This document shows positions 39,220-48,298 of a stretch of 57,068 nucleotides of DNA, piece by piece; positions within the stretch are counted from its first letter, which is position 1; every line of letters begins with the position of its first letter. The position numbers were made by a program, and so were the translations under genes. The notes under the pieces were generated by a model that was not told where the DNA came from, did no database searches, and saw nothing but the letters and a program-made list of their open reading frames with translations. The stretch comes from Dehalococcoidia bacterium (GTDB taxonomy: Bacteria > Chloroflexota > Dehalococcoidia > SHXV01): positions 1-57,068 of the forward strand of contig SHXV01000003.1 in the NCBI GenBank assembly GCA_009693105.1, read 5' to 3'.

Positions 39220-40620
39220 ATGCCTGCCGACAATCGGTCACTCGTGGCCTGCCGCGTCTGCGGCCACGCGAATCCGGGCGAGCGCCGGTATTGCCAGCAC
39301 TGCTGGTCATCCCTGGCGGGAGCGGGCGCGATCACGGCGGCGGAGGCGGCCGCTCAGGCAACGGCGCGGCGGCGGCGTAGCACCCGCCACCGGCTTATCT
39401 ACGCTAGCATCTTCGCCATCCTCGCTACCGGCGCGGCGCTCGCGTTCTACACCAGTAACCGCCCCGCCCAGCCGCTGGAAGCGGCCACGACGAGCGTGAG
39501 CTCTGAATCCCCCGCCGGAAGTTGGACGATGGTGTCCCACGACCTGCGCAACACGCGTTACGCGCCGGCAATCCCCCGCTTCAGCGGGCAGCTCAAGTGG
39601 ACGTTTGGAACCGGGGAGGGCTTCATCGCCTCTCCCGCCGCGACGGCCGATACGGTGTACATCGCCACGGGCGACCGGCGTGTCGTGGCGCTGGACGCGG
39701 AAACGGGACAGGTGCGCTGGCAGTCCGCCACACAGGGGCCGATAAGCTCCAGCCCGGCCATCTCTGAGGGCGTCCTGTACGTAGGCCTGCGCGATGGGCA
39801 GATGGTAGCGCTGGATGCGAAGAGCGGACAGCAGTTGTGGTCGTTCGATGCGGGCACACCCATCACCGCCTCACCGGTCGTGGCCAGCGGATACGTTTAC
39901 ATCGGGGACGGAAACGGCGTGCTACGGGCGCTGGACGCGAAGACGGGCGCGGTGCGCTGGCATACCACGGTGGGGGGGTGGATCGACCGTGTGCCCGCTC
40001 TCTCCGATCGCTACCTGGTGCTGGCGGTGGGCGGAGAGGTCCACGTCTACGACCGGGAGACCGGAGCGCCCCGGGTACTGCTGTATGTGAGCGGCGGCGC
40101 GGCGACCGATCCGATCGTCATCGATAACCGGCTCTACATCGGCTCATCGCGAGGAGTGCTGCTGGTGATGGACCTGGACTGGCGCCCGCCATTCATCTAC
40201 CGCAACTACACGGTGCGAAAGCTCTGGTCATGGCTCTGGCTCTGGAACATGGCGCCGCTGCCGCCTTCGGCCCTGCTAGCCCTGGAGAATTACCGGCTGG
40301 GGCCGCCCACGGAGATCGCGCTGGCGGACGATGTCCTCTACATCTCTCTGGCCTCAGGGAAGGTGATGGCGACGGACCTTGAGACGCAGGAGCCGATGTG
40401 GACCTACTCCGGTGCGGCTGGGGCCAACTCGTCGCTCATCGTGGCGGGCGATGTCGCCTACATCGGTACCTCCAACGGGATGTTCAACGCGGTGGACCGG
40501 CAGACGGGGACCGCCCTGTGGGCGTATCCCGCCCAGATCGCGGTGCGGACAACGCCGGTCGTGAACACAACCGGTATCTACATCGCCGGGGCAAACGGCA
40601 CGCTCTACGCTCTGCGCTAG
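39220..40620 (+). CDS. Zinc-ribbon + TM + PQQ-like (BamB-type) beta-propeller protein
   Basis: CRVC...CQHC, TM segment, repeated ALDA.TG...W and SSP motifs. Confidence 0.85.
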   Translation: MPADNRSLVACRVCGHANPGERRYCQHCWSSLAGAGAITAAEAAAQATARRRRSTRHRLIYASIFAILATGAALAFYTSNRPAQPLEAATTSVSSESPAGSWTMVSHDLRNTRYAPAIPRFSGQLKWTFGTGEGFIASPAATADTVYIATGDRRVVALDAETGQVRWQSATQGPISSSPAISEGVLYVGLRDGQMVALDAKSGQQLWSFDAGTPITASPVVASGYVYIGDGNGVLRALDAKTGAVRWHTTVGGWIDRVPALSDRYLVLAVGGEVHVYDRETGAPRVLLYVSGGAATDPIVIDNRLYIGSSRGVLLVMDLDWRPPFIYRNYTVRKLWSWLWLWNMAPLPPSALLALENYRLGPPTEIALADDVLYISLASGKVMATDLETQEPMWTYSGAAGANSSLIVAGDVAYIGTSNGMFNAVDRQTGTALWAYPAQIAVRTTPVVNTTGIYIAGANGTLYALR

Positions 40621-40629
40621 GGCCGGGAA

Positions 40630-42144
40630 CTAGCCCACCTCTACCGTCACCAGCCCCGTGACGCCGTCCACCGTCACCACCGCACCATCGGGAATAACGG
40701 CGGTGGCGTTCGTGGTGCCGACAACGGCGGGAATGCCAAATTCGCGCGCAACCACAGCCCCGTGGGAGAGCACGCCGCCGGAGTTGGTCACCAGTGCGGA
40801 GATCACCCCGAAGAAGGGGGACCACGGCGGGGTGGTGCTGCGACAGACGAGGATATCGCCGTCCTCCAGCGTCTCCGCCTCCTCCAGCGTATCGATGACG
40901 CGGGCGCGCCCCCGATAGCTCCCCGGTGACGCCGCCGCCCCGCGCACGAGCGTCCGTCCGGCGTCGTCGACCGTAGGGCCGCTGGCGTCCGCTGTCTCCG
41001 GACGACGCCCCAGGGTAAGCGGCGGGGGAGCGCTGCGGTAGAGCGCCTGCGCCGCCCTGCGCGCTTCCAGCACCGTCATGGAGAGGGGCTCGCCGCCGGC
41101 GAGCAAACCTTGAAGCTCCGTCTTGCGGTAGTAGAAGATATCCCCAGCGGCGGGAACCTTCCCTTCGCCGAGAAGCCAGCCGCCGATTCGGAGCCAGCGG
41201 GCGCGAGACGCGGCCAGCATACGCTGGTCCGCCAGGAAGTTGTGGTCCTCCAGGTTGGGAAGCAGCAGCTGGGCCATCTCCATGTCGGACACGAGGGCGG
41301 CGGCGTCCGCAACGCCCGCGGCGGCGAGAGCTCCTAGCTCATCTTCCAATCGCAAGCGCGTCGCCCGCTGACGGGCCTCTGCCTCACGCGGCCCCCGGCC
41401 ATCGCGCTGGCGGGCGTAGGCGCGGACGAGGGCGAGGGGGATGGCCGGGTCCTCCCCCCATGTGGGGAGATCCAGCATGCCGTTATTCGTCGTGTGGCCA
41501 AACTCGCCGACCACGGCGGCGAGGCATTGCGCGAAGGGCGAGCCGGGCGGCGGCGACGTGCGCTGGTCCAGCATGCGGCCGAGGGCCGGGTCCTCCCGCA
41601 CCAGCCGGCTGAGGTCCCACAGCGCCGCCGCCCGATCGAGCGAGCGGTTGGGGAAGCCTTGCAGAAGCATGAGGGCATCGGCGCGGCGGGCCTCACCGAA
41701 CCGGGCGACGTACGCTTCCACGAAGCGGGCGAAGGCCAAGCGCGCCGGCCCGACCGCGGTGCGGTGGACGCCACCGAAGACGCGCCAGTACTCCTTGTCC
41801 TGCGCTTCCAACAGCGCCGGCCAGCTGTCCCGCCCGATGGCCGCCGGTTCAAACGTGGTGAACAGGGATTCTACCTTCGCTACTTCCGGCAGCCATTCCT
41901 CTCGCCAGCGGGTCAGATCGGCCACCGATTGCGGAGGCGGTGCCTGGCCGAAGGGCGTCGCCTCCGTCGCCGCTCCCGCCCGACCGTAAGTGTACCCGTT
42001 GATGCGAAGCTGGCGCGGAGGCTCCGGCCCGGCCGGGGGGTCTTCCCCCGCAATGAGCGGCGGCTGCGAGGCAGGCGCATGCTCATCCTGTATCTGCCAC
42101 GTATACGCCTCATAGGAGGGGTGGGGAAGCGTGTAGCTCACCAC
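40630..42144 (-). CDS. PEP-utilising enzyme phosphohistidine-domain protein without an ATP-grasp domain
   Basis: C-terminal GAAASPG...GRAR, TTPPW, GGVLSHGAVVAREFGIPAVV, VDGVTG; start uncertain. Confidence 0.8.
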   Translation of the reverse strand: MVSYTLPHPSYEAYTWQIQDEHAPASQPPLIAGEDPPAGPEPPRQLRINGYTYGRAGAATEATPFGQAPPPQSVADLTRWREEWLPEVAKVESLFTTFEPAAIGRDSWPALLEAQDKEYWRVFGGVHRTAVGPARLAFARFVEAYVARFGEARRADALMLLQGFPNRSLDRAAALWDLSRLVREDPALGRMLDQRTSPPPGSPFAQCLAAVVGEFGHTTNNGMLDLPTWGEDPAIPLALVRAYARQRDGRGPREAEARQRATRLRLEDELGALAAAGVADAAALVSDMEMAQLLLPNLEDHNFLADQRMLAASRARWLRIGGWLLGEGKVPAAGDIFYYRKTELQGLLAGGEPLSMTVLEARRAAQALYRSAPPPLTLGRRPETADASGPTVDDAGRTLVRGAAASPGSYRGRARVIDTLEEAETLEDGDILVCRSTTPPWSPFFGVISALVTNSGGVLSHGAVVAREFGIPAVVGTTNATAVIPDGAVVTVDGVTGLVTVEVG

Positions 42145-42257
42145 TGCGCCATCGGATTCGCCAAGCCTTTCTTCAGACCTCCAAGGATGGTAGAGACGCG
42201 ACCCGGGCGCGGTCAAGCATGGCGTACAATGCCCGCACTCACCCCGACGGGACGCCA

Positions 42258-43511
42258 ATGCTTCTTCGCCCCATCGCGCGCGCCACCGCCCCCCTGCGCG
42301 AGCACGAGCGGCTGCTCATGATCAGCATCTCCACGGTGCTGGTCATGGCAGGCCAGGGAGTGATCGTGCCGGTGCTGCCGCTGTTCGCGCGGGAGTTGGG
42401 GGTCAGCACCAGCGCCGTCGGGCTCACCCTGTCCGCGTTCGGCTTCGCCCGGCTGCTGCTCAACGTCCCCCTGGGCCTGCTCTCCGACCGCTGGGGCAGG
42501 CGGCTCCTGCTGGTGGGCGGGCCACTGGTCACCTCGATCGGCATGATCGGCTCGGGCATGGCGACGGACCTGGCCCAGCTCCTCGCCTGGCGCTTCATCG
42601 CGGGCGCGGGCTCAGCCATGTACATGACGGGAGCGATCATCTACCTGACCGATATCTCAACCCGGGAGAACCGGGCGCGATTCATCGGCACGAACCAGGG
42701 GGCCCTGCTGGTCGGCGTATCCATCGGCCCCGGCATCGGCGGGCTCATCGCGGAGCTGTTCGGGCTGCGCGCGCCGTTCCACATCGTGGGTGGGCTGGCG
42801 CTCATCGCCAGCGTCTACGCCTACTTTCGCATCCCGGAGACGCGCGGGACGCGGGAGAAGTGCGCCGCCACGGAAACGGCCGCCCCCGCCGGAGAGAGGG
42901 AGCGGCGTCCCTGGCTGCGGATGATGCGCTCCCGCAACTTCCTCGCCGTTTCCCTGGTCACGCTGGCGATCTTCTTCACCCGGACGGCCTCCTGGCAAAC
43001 GCTGGTCCCGCTGGTGGGGGTGTCCCGGCTGGGCATGACGCCGGGGGGGCTAGGGGCAATGTTCACCGGCATTGCCCTGTTCAACCTGGTGCTGGTGACG
43101 CCGGCGGCGCTGGCGGCGGATCGGTTTGGGCGCAAGGCGGTGATCGTCCCCAGCCTGTGCATCGGCGGGAGCGGGCTCCTCCTCTTCGCCGTCGCCCAAT
43201 CGTACCCGACGTTCATCGCCGCCGCCCTCCTGATGGGGGGCGGGCTAGCGTTGTCCGGCCCGGCGCCCGCGGCCTTTGCCGCCGATATCGCCCCGGCGGA
43301 CGTGCGCGGGCTGGCGATGGGGCTGAACCGGACGGCGGGCGATCTCGGTTTCGTCGTCGGCCCTCCACTGCTGGGGCTGCTCGCCGACGCCACCTCATTC
43401 GGCTGGGGGCTGGCGGCGAACGCGACGCTACTGGTGGTGGCCTCCGCCACGTTCGCCCTGACGGCGCGAGAGAGCCACAGCCGCCCAAACGCGAAGGCCA
43501 CAGCGCGCTAG
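42258..43511 (+). CDS. MFS transporter
   Basis: GLLSDRWGRR and ADRFGRK motif A; about 12 hydrophobic segments. Confidence 0.92.
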   Translation: MLLRPIARATAPLREHERLLMISISTVLVMAGQGVIVPVLPLFARELGVSTSAVGLTLSAFGFARLLLNVPLGLLSDRWGRRLLLVGGPLVTSIGMIGSGMATDLAQLLAWRFIAGAGSAMYMTGAIIYLTDISTRENRARFIGTNQGALLVGVSIGPGIGGLIAELFGLRAPFHIVGGLALIASVYAYFRIPETRGTREKCAATETAAPAGERERRPWLRMMRSRNFLAVSLVTLAIFFTRTASWQTLVPLVGVSRLGMTPGGLGAMFTGIALFNLVLVTPAALAADRFGRKAVIVPSLCIGGSGLLLFAVAQSYPTFIAAALLMGGGLALSGPAPAAFAADIAPADVRGLAMGLNRTAGDLGFVVGPPLLGLLADATSFGWGLAANATLLVVASATFALTARESHSRPNAKATAR

Positions 43512-44323
43512 CCGTCCCTTCCGCTCAGGCGACGGCAGAGGCTACACTGACTCGCCCCCAGGCCCGCCCCGGCAGGCAGGTGCCGCGCCTCCAGCTCCTC
43601 CGCCATCGCCAGCGCTTCCGGGGACACGCTGCCGGGGACGATCGTGAACCGGGCGGCGAACTCTTCCCTGACGGCCCGTTCCACATCGGCGTAGTCAGCG
43701 TGGCCCAGCTCATCTTCCACGCTGCCGACGGTGGCGGGGTCCCAGGGGACGTCGAGCGCCCGATTCACGGGCACGAGGACATCGCGCAGGCGGGCGCTCT
43801 CCGCGACGACGACGAAGCCGCCGATATGCAGCGCACCAGAAACGAGCCGCTGGCCCACGCCGGCGAGCTTCGTGCGGCCGCCGGCGTTCACGCTGTACTC
43901 GCCGGGGCAGTATTCACCGGGGACCTCGCCCACGCGGGCATCGACGCGGAGCCGGCGAAGGGCCGCGGCCATGATCTGCGCCGTCTCAACGTACCGCTCC
44001 TGGATATGCTCCCGCGGCGCGTCATCGGGCATTTCCCAGGCTAACACGAGCGTTTGCTCATGGAACGCCGCCGCTCTTCCCCCGGCAAGACGCTCCACCG
44101 CCTCGAAACCGGCGGCCCGCCCGGCGGCGGCGGCGGCGGCGAACCCGGCGACGCGGACATCGCGCGGGCCAAAGCTGATGATGGCGGCGGAGCGATAGAG
44201 CCGCAGCACCTCCGGCTCTGCACCGGCGGCGACGCGGTGCAGGAGCGCGGCGGACAGCGCGGTATCGAAGGCAGGGCGGTGGGGAAAGGCGTCCCGCAAC
44301 AGGGTAATGGTGCGCTGGTTCAT
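43508..44323 (-). CDS. Lipoate-protein ligase/octanoyltransferase family (BPL_LplA_LipB)
   Basis: RLAGGRAAAFH, GEYCPGEYSV, KLAGVGQR. Confidence 0.85.
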   Translation of the reverse strand: MNQRTITLLRDAFPHRPAFDTALSAALLHRVAAGAEPEVLRLYRSAAIISFGPRDVRVAGFAAAAAAGRAAGFEAVERLAGGRAAAFHEQTLVLAWEMPDDAPREHIQERYVETAQIMAAALRRLRVDARVGEVPGEYCPGEYSVNAGGRTKLAGVGQRLVSGALHIGGFVVVAESARLRDVLVPVNRALDVPWDPATVGSVEDELGHADYADVERAVREEFAARFTIVPGSVSPEALAMAEELEARHLPAGAGLGASQCSLCRRLSGRDG

Positions 44324-44418
44324 CCTACACTTAACATAACAATATGCATGCCGACGGGCTCGCTCCCTTGCTCATCTCAATAATTGTACGGGGCAGGACA
44401 GGCGCCGGCCATGGAGAC

Positions 44419-44458
44419 GGAAGGGCGGCGGTACCATAGAGTGACCGCCGCCTTTCCC
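44419..44458 (-). terminator. Hairpin downstream of glnA
   Basis: GGAAGGGCGGCGGT...ACCGCCGCCTTTCC. Confidence 0.55.
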
Positions 44459-44476
44459 TGTGCCAGATTCTTCGAC

Positions 44477-45895
44477 CTAGGCGTCGAAGTAGAGCATGAA
44501 CTCATACGGGTGAGGGCGGAGCCGGACCGGGTCGACCTCGTTCTCACGCTTGTAGTCGAGCCAGGTCTCGATGACGTCTTTCGTGAAGACGTTGCCCTTG
44601 AGCAGGAACTCGTGATCGCGCTCCAGCGCGGCGAGCGAGGCGTCCAGGGAGCCCGGCACCGTCGGTATACGCTTGGCGGCGCGGCCTTCCAGCTCAAACA
44701 GGTTCCCTTCCGTCGGCTTACCGGGGTCGATCTTGTTCTGGATGCCGTCCAGGCCGGCCATCATGATGGCGGGGAAGGCCAGGTAGGGATTGGCCATCGC
44801 ATCCGGCGGGCGGAACTCCACGCGCTTGGCCTTCGGGCTCTTGGATACCATCGGGATACGGCAGGCAGCGCTGCGGTTACGGGCGGAGTACACCAGGTTC
44901 ACCGGAGCCTCATATCCGGGGACGAGCCGCTTGTAGCTGTTCGTCGTGGGGGCGCAGATGCCCATCAGCGCCGGCCCGTGCTTGAGGATGCCGCCGATGT
45001 AGTACTTGCACATGTCGCTGATCTGGGCGTAGCCCTTGGCGTCATAGAACAGGTTCTCCCCACCCTTCCACAGGGAGGAGTGGACGTGCATGCCGGAGCC
45101 GTTGTCCCCGAAGAGCGGCTTGGGCATGAACGTGGCCACCTTGCCGTAGGCGCGGGCGACGTTCTTTACAATGTACTTGTACATCATCAGTTTGTCCGCC
45201 ATGGAGCGGAGGGTATCGAACCGCATGTCGATCTCGTTCTGGCCGGCGGTCGCCACCTCGTGGTGGTGAACCTCGATCTGGATGCCGGCCTCGATCATCT
45301 TCAGGACCATCTCGGACCGCATGTCCTGCATGGTGTCGTGCGGCGGAACGGGGAAATAGCCTTCCTTGGTCCGGATCTTGTAGCCGAGATTGGCGCCGTC
45401 CTCATCGCGGCCGGTATTCCAGGCGCCCTGATCGGAATCGATGAAGTGGTAGCCCTCGTTCTGGCCGTAGCCGTAACGAACGTCGTCAAAGACGAAGAAC
45501 TCCGCCTCCGGGCCGAAGTAGGCAGTATCGGCGATGCCGGTCGACTTGAGGTACTGCTCCGCCTTCAGGGCGATGTAGCGCGGGTCACGGCTGTAGCGCT
45601 CTTCCCGGATCGGGTCGACGATGTCGCAGACCAGGGAAAGGGTGGGGATGCGGTGGACGGGGTCCATTACGGCGGTGTCCGCGTCCGGGACGAGGAGCAT
45701 ATCGCTCTCTTCGATTTTCTGGAACCCGTGGATGCTGGACCCATCGAACCCCAGGCCGTCCGTGAACATCTCGACGCTGATCTCTGAGGCCGTGATCGAC
45801 AAGTGCTGCCACATACCGGGCAGGTCCGTGAACTTCAGGTCGATGATCTGAATTCCTTCGTCCCGGATTTTCTTAATGACTTCCTCTGGAGTCAT
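44477..45895 (-). CDS. glnA: Glutamine synthetase type I (beta)
   Basis: FDGSSI, HHEVATAGQ, TFMPKP, NGSGMH, KRLVPGYEAP, RNRSA, RPHPYEF. Confidence 0.97.
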   Translation of the reverse strand: MTPEEVIKKIRDEGIQIIDLKFTDLPGMWQHLSITASEISVEMFTDGLGFDGSSIHGFQKIEESDMLLVPDADTAVMDPVHRIPTLSLVCDIVDPIREERYSRDPRYIALKAEQYLKSTGIADTAYFGPEAEFFVFDDVRYGYGQNEGYHFIDSDQGAWNTGRDEDGANLGYKIRTKEGYFPVPPHDTMQDMRSEMVLKMIEAGIQIEVHHHEVATAGQNEIDMRFDTLRSMADKLMMYKYIVKNVARAYGKVATFMPKPLFGDNGSGMHVHSSLWKGGENLFYDAKGYAQISDMCKYYIGGILKHGPALMGICAPTTNSYKRLVPGYEAPVNLVYSARNRSAACRIPMVSKSPKAKRVEFRPPDAMANPYLAFPAIMMAGLDGIQNKIDPGKPTEGNLFELEGRAAKRIPTVPGSLDASLAALERDHEFLLKGNVFTKDVIETWLDYKRENEVDPVRLRPHPYEFMLYFDA

Positions 45896-46000
45896 CTATG
45901 TTTACCCCCTTCGCTGTAGGCAATGCGCCTGGTTTGGCCCGATGTTCGGTCGTTGCCGCGCCATTGTACGGGTGGATCGACGCTAGGAGGAGGGCTCTGC

Positions 46001-46016
46001 GTTACTTTTGTGTTAC
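46001..46016 (-). promoter_or_regulatory. GlnR-box-like direct repeat upstream of glnA
   Basis: GTAAC-acaaaa-GTAAC on the minus strand (GTnAC-n6-GTnAC); -10-like TACAAT at 45963-45968. Confidence 0.55.
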
Positions 46017-46106
46017 AAACGCCGATTGCGCAAGGGGAAGGCGAAAACGGGGCAGATCCGGCACCGGATCTGCCCCGTTGGGGTGGAAATGCGTACTTTT
46101 GACGCG

Positions 46107-46310
46107 CTACATCTCAACTTTCTTCTCGCCGCTGAGGTACCCCTCCGGATCATCCGCGAACTCCAGGCGGCAGCCTTTCCCGCAGAAGTAGTACGTCGTG
46201 CCCTTGTGCTCAAACGTGCCGCCGCGCGGGTTCTTCACGTCCACCACCATCCCACAAACGGGATCGGTCGCCTGCTGGGGGCGATTCATAAACGAAAGCA
46301 GCTGTTTCAT
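46107..46310 (-). CDS. YHS-domain protein
   Basis: DPVCGM...YYFCGKGC...F..DPEGY; AGGAGG RBS. Confidence 0.9.
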   Translation of the reverse strand: MKQLLSFMNRPQQATDPVCGMVVDVKNPRGGTFEHKGTTYYFCGKGCRLEFADDPEGYLSGEKKVEM

Positions 46311-46397
46311 CGTATTCCTCCTGCCGTGCTTCCCATCATCCTACCAGCCCCGGCAATACCGGCGTCGGGGCGCGCCGCTGTATGGTAGGGTGAACCG

Positions 46398-48239
46398 ATG
46401 GGCATCGAAGCTCTTATCCGCGACGACGACGGCCGGCCCGTCGATCCCCGCTCCGACGACGACTGGCGGGACTGGGTGAGTGCCACCGCCACCCGCAATC
46501 ACGCGCTGCGCGATCCGCTGCTGGACTGGCTCGGCCTCTTCGGCAGCGCGCGGGGCTACATCGCCGATGACCGGCTCCCCGGGTACGACCCGCGGACCGA
46601 CTTCCGGGCCTTTGTCTTTGCCAAGGGCCATCGGTTTGAGCAGGCGGTGCTGGAGTACCTGGGCCGCCGGACCGAAATCGTGACGATCGCCACGGAACGC
46701 GAGGATATCCGCGATCTCGCGGCGGCGGAGCGCACCGTGCGCGCGATGGTGGAGGGCGTGCCGATCATCGCCCGGGGAGTGCTGCGCGACCCCCAGGAGC
46801 GGACGTACGGCGCGCCGGACCTCCTCGCCCGCAGCGATGTCCTCCGCCGCCTCTTCCCCGACGCGCTCGACGAGGACGGCGCGACAGGCGCGGCTCCGGG
46901 CATCGGCGCCGAAGGCTGGCACTACCGTGTAATAGACATAAAGTTCACGACGCTGCACCTATCCGCCGGAGGGACATTGCGAAACGAGGGCTCCTCGCCC
47001 GCCTACAAGCTCCAACTCCACACCTACAACCGTGCCCTTGGCCGCCTGCAGGGGTACGAGCCGGATCGCGCCTATCTCATCGGCCGGAGCTGGCAGCAGA
47101 CACGGGGAAGAGAGACGGTGCGGGGCCTCAACTGCGTGGAACGCCTAGCGATGGTGCTGCTGGGGGAGGGCACGCCGGAGAGCCAGGAGGTCGCCCTCGC
47201 CGCAGAGGAGGCGTCCGCGTGGGTGCGCCGCCTGCGCCGGGAGGGGGCGGACTGGCTGATCACACCGTCGCCAACACGGCCAGAGCTGTACCCCAACATG
47301 GGCTACAGGCAGGACGGGCCGTGGCACCAGGCCAAGCGGCAGATCGCGGAGGCGTTGGAAGACCTGACCCTGTTGCCGCAGGTGGGGCTGGCGACGCGGG
47401 AGAGAGCGCACGAGGCGGGCATCTTCCGCTGGCGGGATGACCGCTGCACGCCGGAAGCGCTGGGGTTCGGCGGCGGCGCGAAGCAGGCTATCCTGCGCTC
47501 CGTCCTTGAGATCAACCGCACAGGCGATGGGCCGCCGGTGCGTCCGGAGCGGATCGCCACCGAGGCCGGCGACTGGCGATCGGTGCCCGTCCTGGAGTTC
47601 TACGTCGACTTTGAAAACGTCAGCGACCTCAACGATGACTTTTCCCGCATGCCGGAGCGGGGCGGCCAGCCGCTCATCTTCATGATCGGCTGCGGCCACA
47701 TGGAGGAAGGGGAGTGGCGGTTCGCCTCCTTCTCCGTCGATGCCTTCACCCCGGAGGCGGAGGCCGCCGTCATCGACGCCTGGCTCGCCCACATGGCGGA
47801 GGTGCGGGCGCGGCTGGCTGCCGAGGGCGAAGAGCCACGCGTGATCCACTGGTCGCCGGCGGAGACCACCACGTTTGACACCGCCTACAACTCGGCGCGG
47901 GAGCGCCACCCGGAGCGGTCGTGGCCTTCCCCGCGCTGGTTCGATTTCCTAGGCCAGGTGGTACGGGCGGAACCGGTGGTGGTTCGCGGCGCCATGGGGT
48001 TTGGGTTGAAGGCGGTGGCCAGCGCGCTCCATTCCCACGGCTGCATCGAGACGCTCTGGCCGGAGGGGCCGGCGGACGGGCTGGGGGCGATGGTGGGCGC
48101 TTGGTGGTGCGATGCCGAGGCGCGGCGCACGGGTCAACCGCTGCGGGAGATCGACCTCATGCGGCAGATCATCGCCTATAACGAGGTCGATTGCCGGGCG
48201 ATGATGGAGACAGTACGCTACCTGCGGGAGCAGCACTGA
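46398..48239 (+). CDS. RecB-like PD-(D/E)xK nuclease with C-terminal RNase H-like domain (TM0106-like architecture)
   Basis: GAPDLL...VIDIK...QLHTY; LTLLPQVG; FYVDFE, IFMIG, HWS, FGLKAVA, YNEVDC. Confidence 0.75.
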   Translation: MGIEALIRDDDGRPVDPRSDDDWRDWVSATATRNHALRDPLLDWLGLFGSARGYIADDRLPGYDPRTDFRAFVFAKGHRFEQAVLEYLGRRTEIVTIATEREDIRDLAAAERTVRAMVEGVPIIARGVLRDPQERTYGAPDLLARSDVLRRLFPDALDEDGATGAAPGIGAEGWHYRVIDIKFTTLHLSAGGTLRNEGSSPAYKLQLHTYNRALGRLQGYEPDRAYLIGRSWQQTRGRETVRGLNCVERLAMVLLGEGTPESQEVALAAEEASAWVRRLRREGADWLITPSPTRPELYPNMGYRQDGPWHQAKRQIAEALEDLTLLPQVGLATRERAHEAGIFRWRDDRCTPEALGFGGGAKQAILRSVLEINRTGDGPPVRPERIATEAGDWRSVPVLEFYVDFENVSDLNDDFSRMPERGGQPLIFMIGCGHMEEGEWRFASFSVDAFTPEAEAAVIDAWLAHMAEVRARLAAEGEEPRVIHWSPAETTTFDTAYNSARERHPERSWPSPRWFDFLGQVVRAEPVVVRGAMGFGLKAVASALHSHGCIETLWPEGPADGLGAMVGAWWCDAEARRTGQPLREIDLMRQIIAYNEVDCRAMMETVRYLREQH

Positions 48240-48283
48240 CGTACCGAAGGGGCCGCGGCGTTGCCGCGGCCCCTTCGGTACGT
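48239..48283. terminator. Perfect 21-bp inverted repeat between convergent genes
   Basis: ACGTACCGAAGGGGCCGCGGC-GTT-GCCGCGGCCCCTTCGGTACGT. Confidence 0.75.
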
Positions 48284-48298
48284 TTCCTGACAGGTGTG

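Noticed and set aside
44384-45787. Long antisense ORFs (e.g. 467 aa opposite glnA; others opposite smc, the helicase and CoA-transferases)
   Set aside because: These are shadow ORFs typical of high-GC coding DNA.
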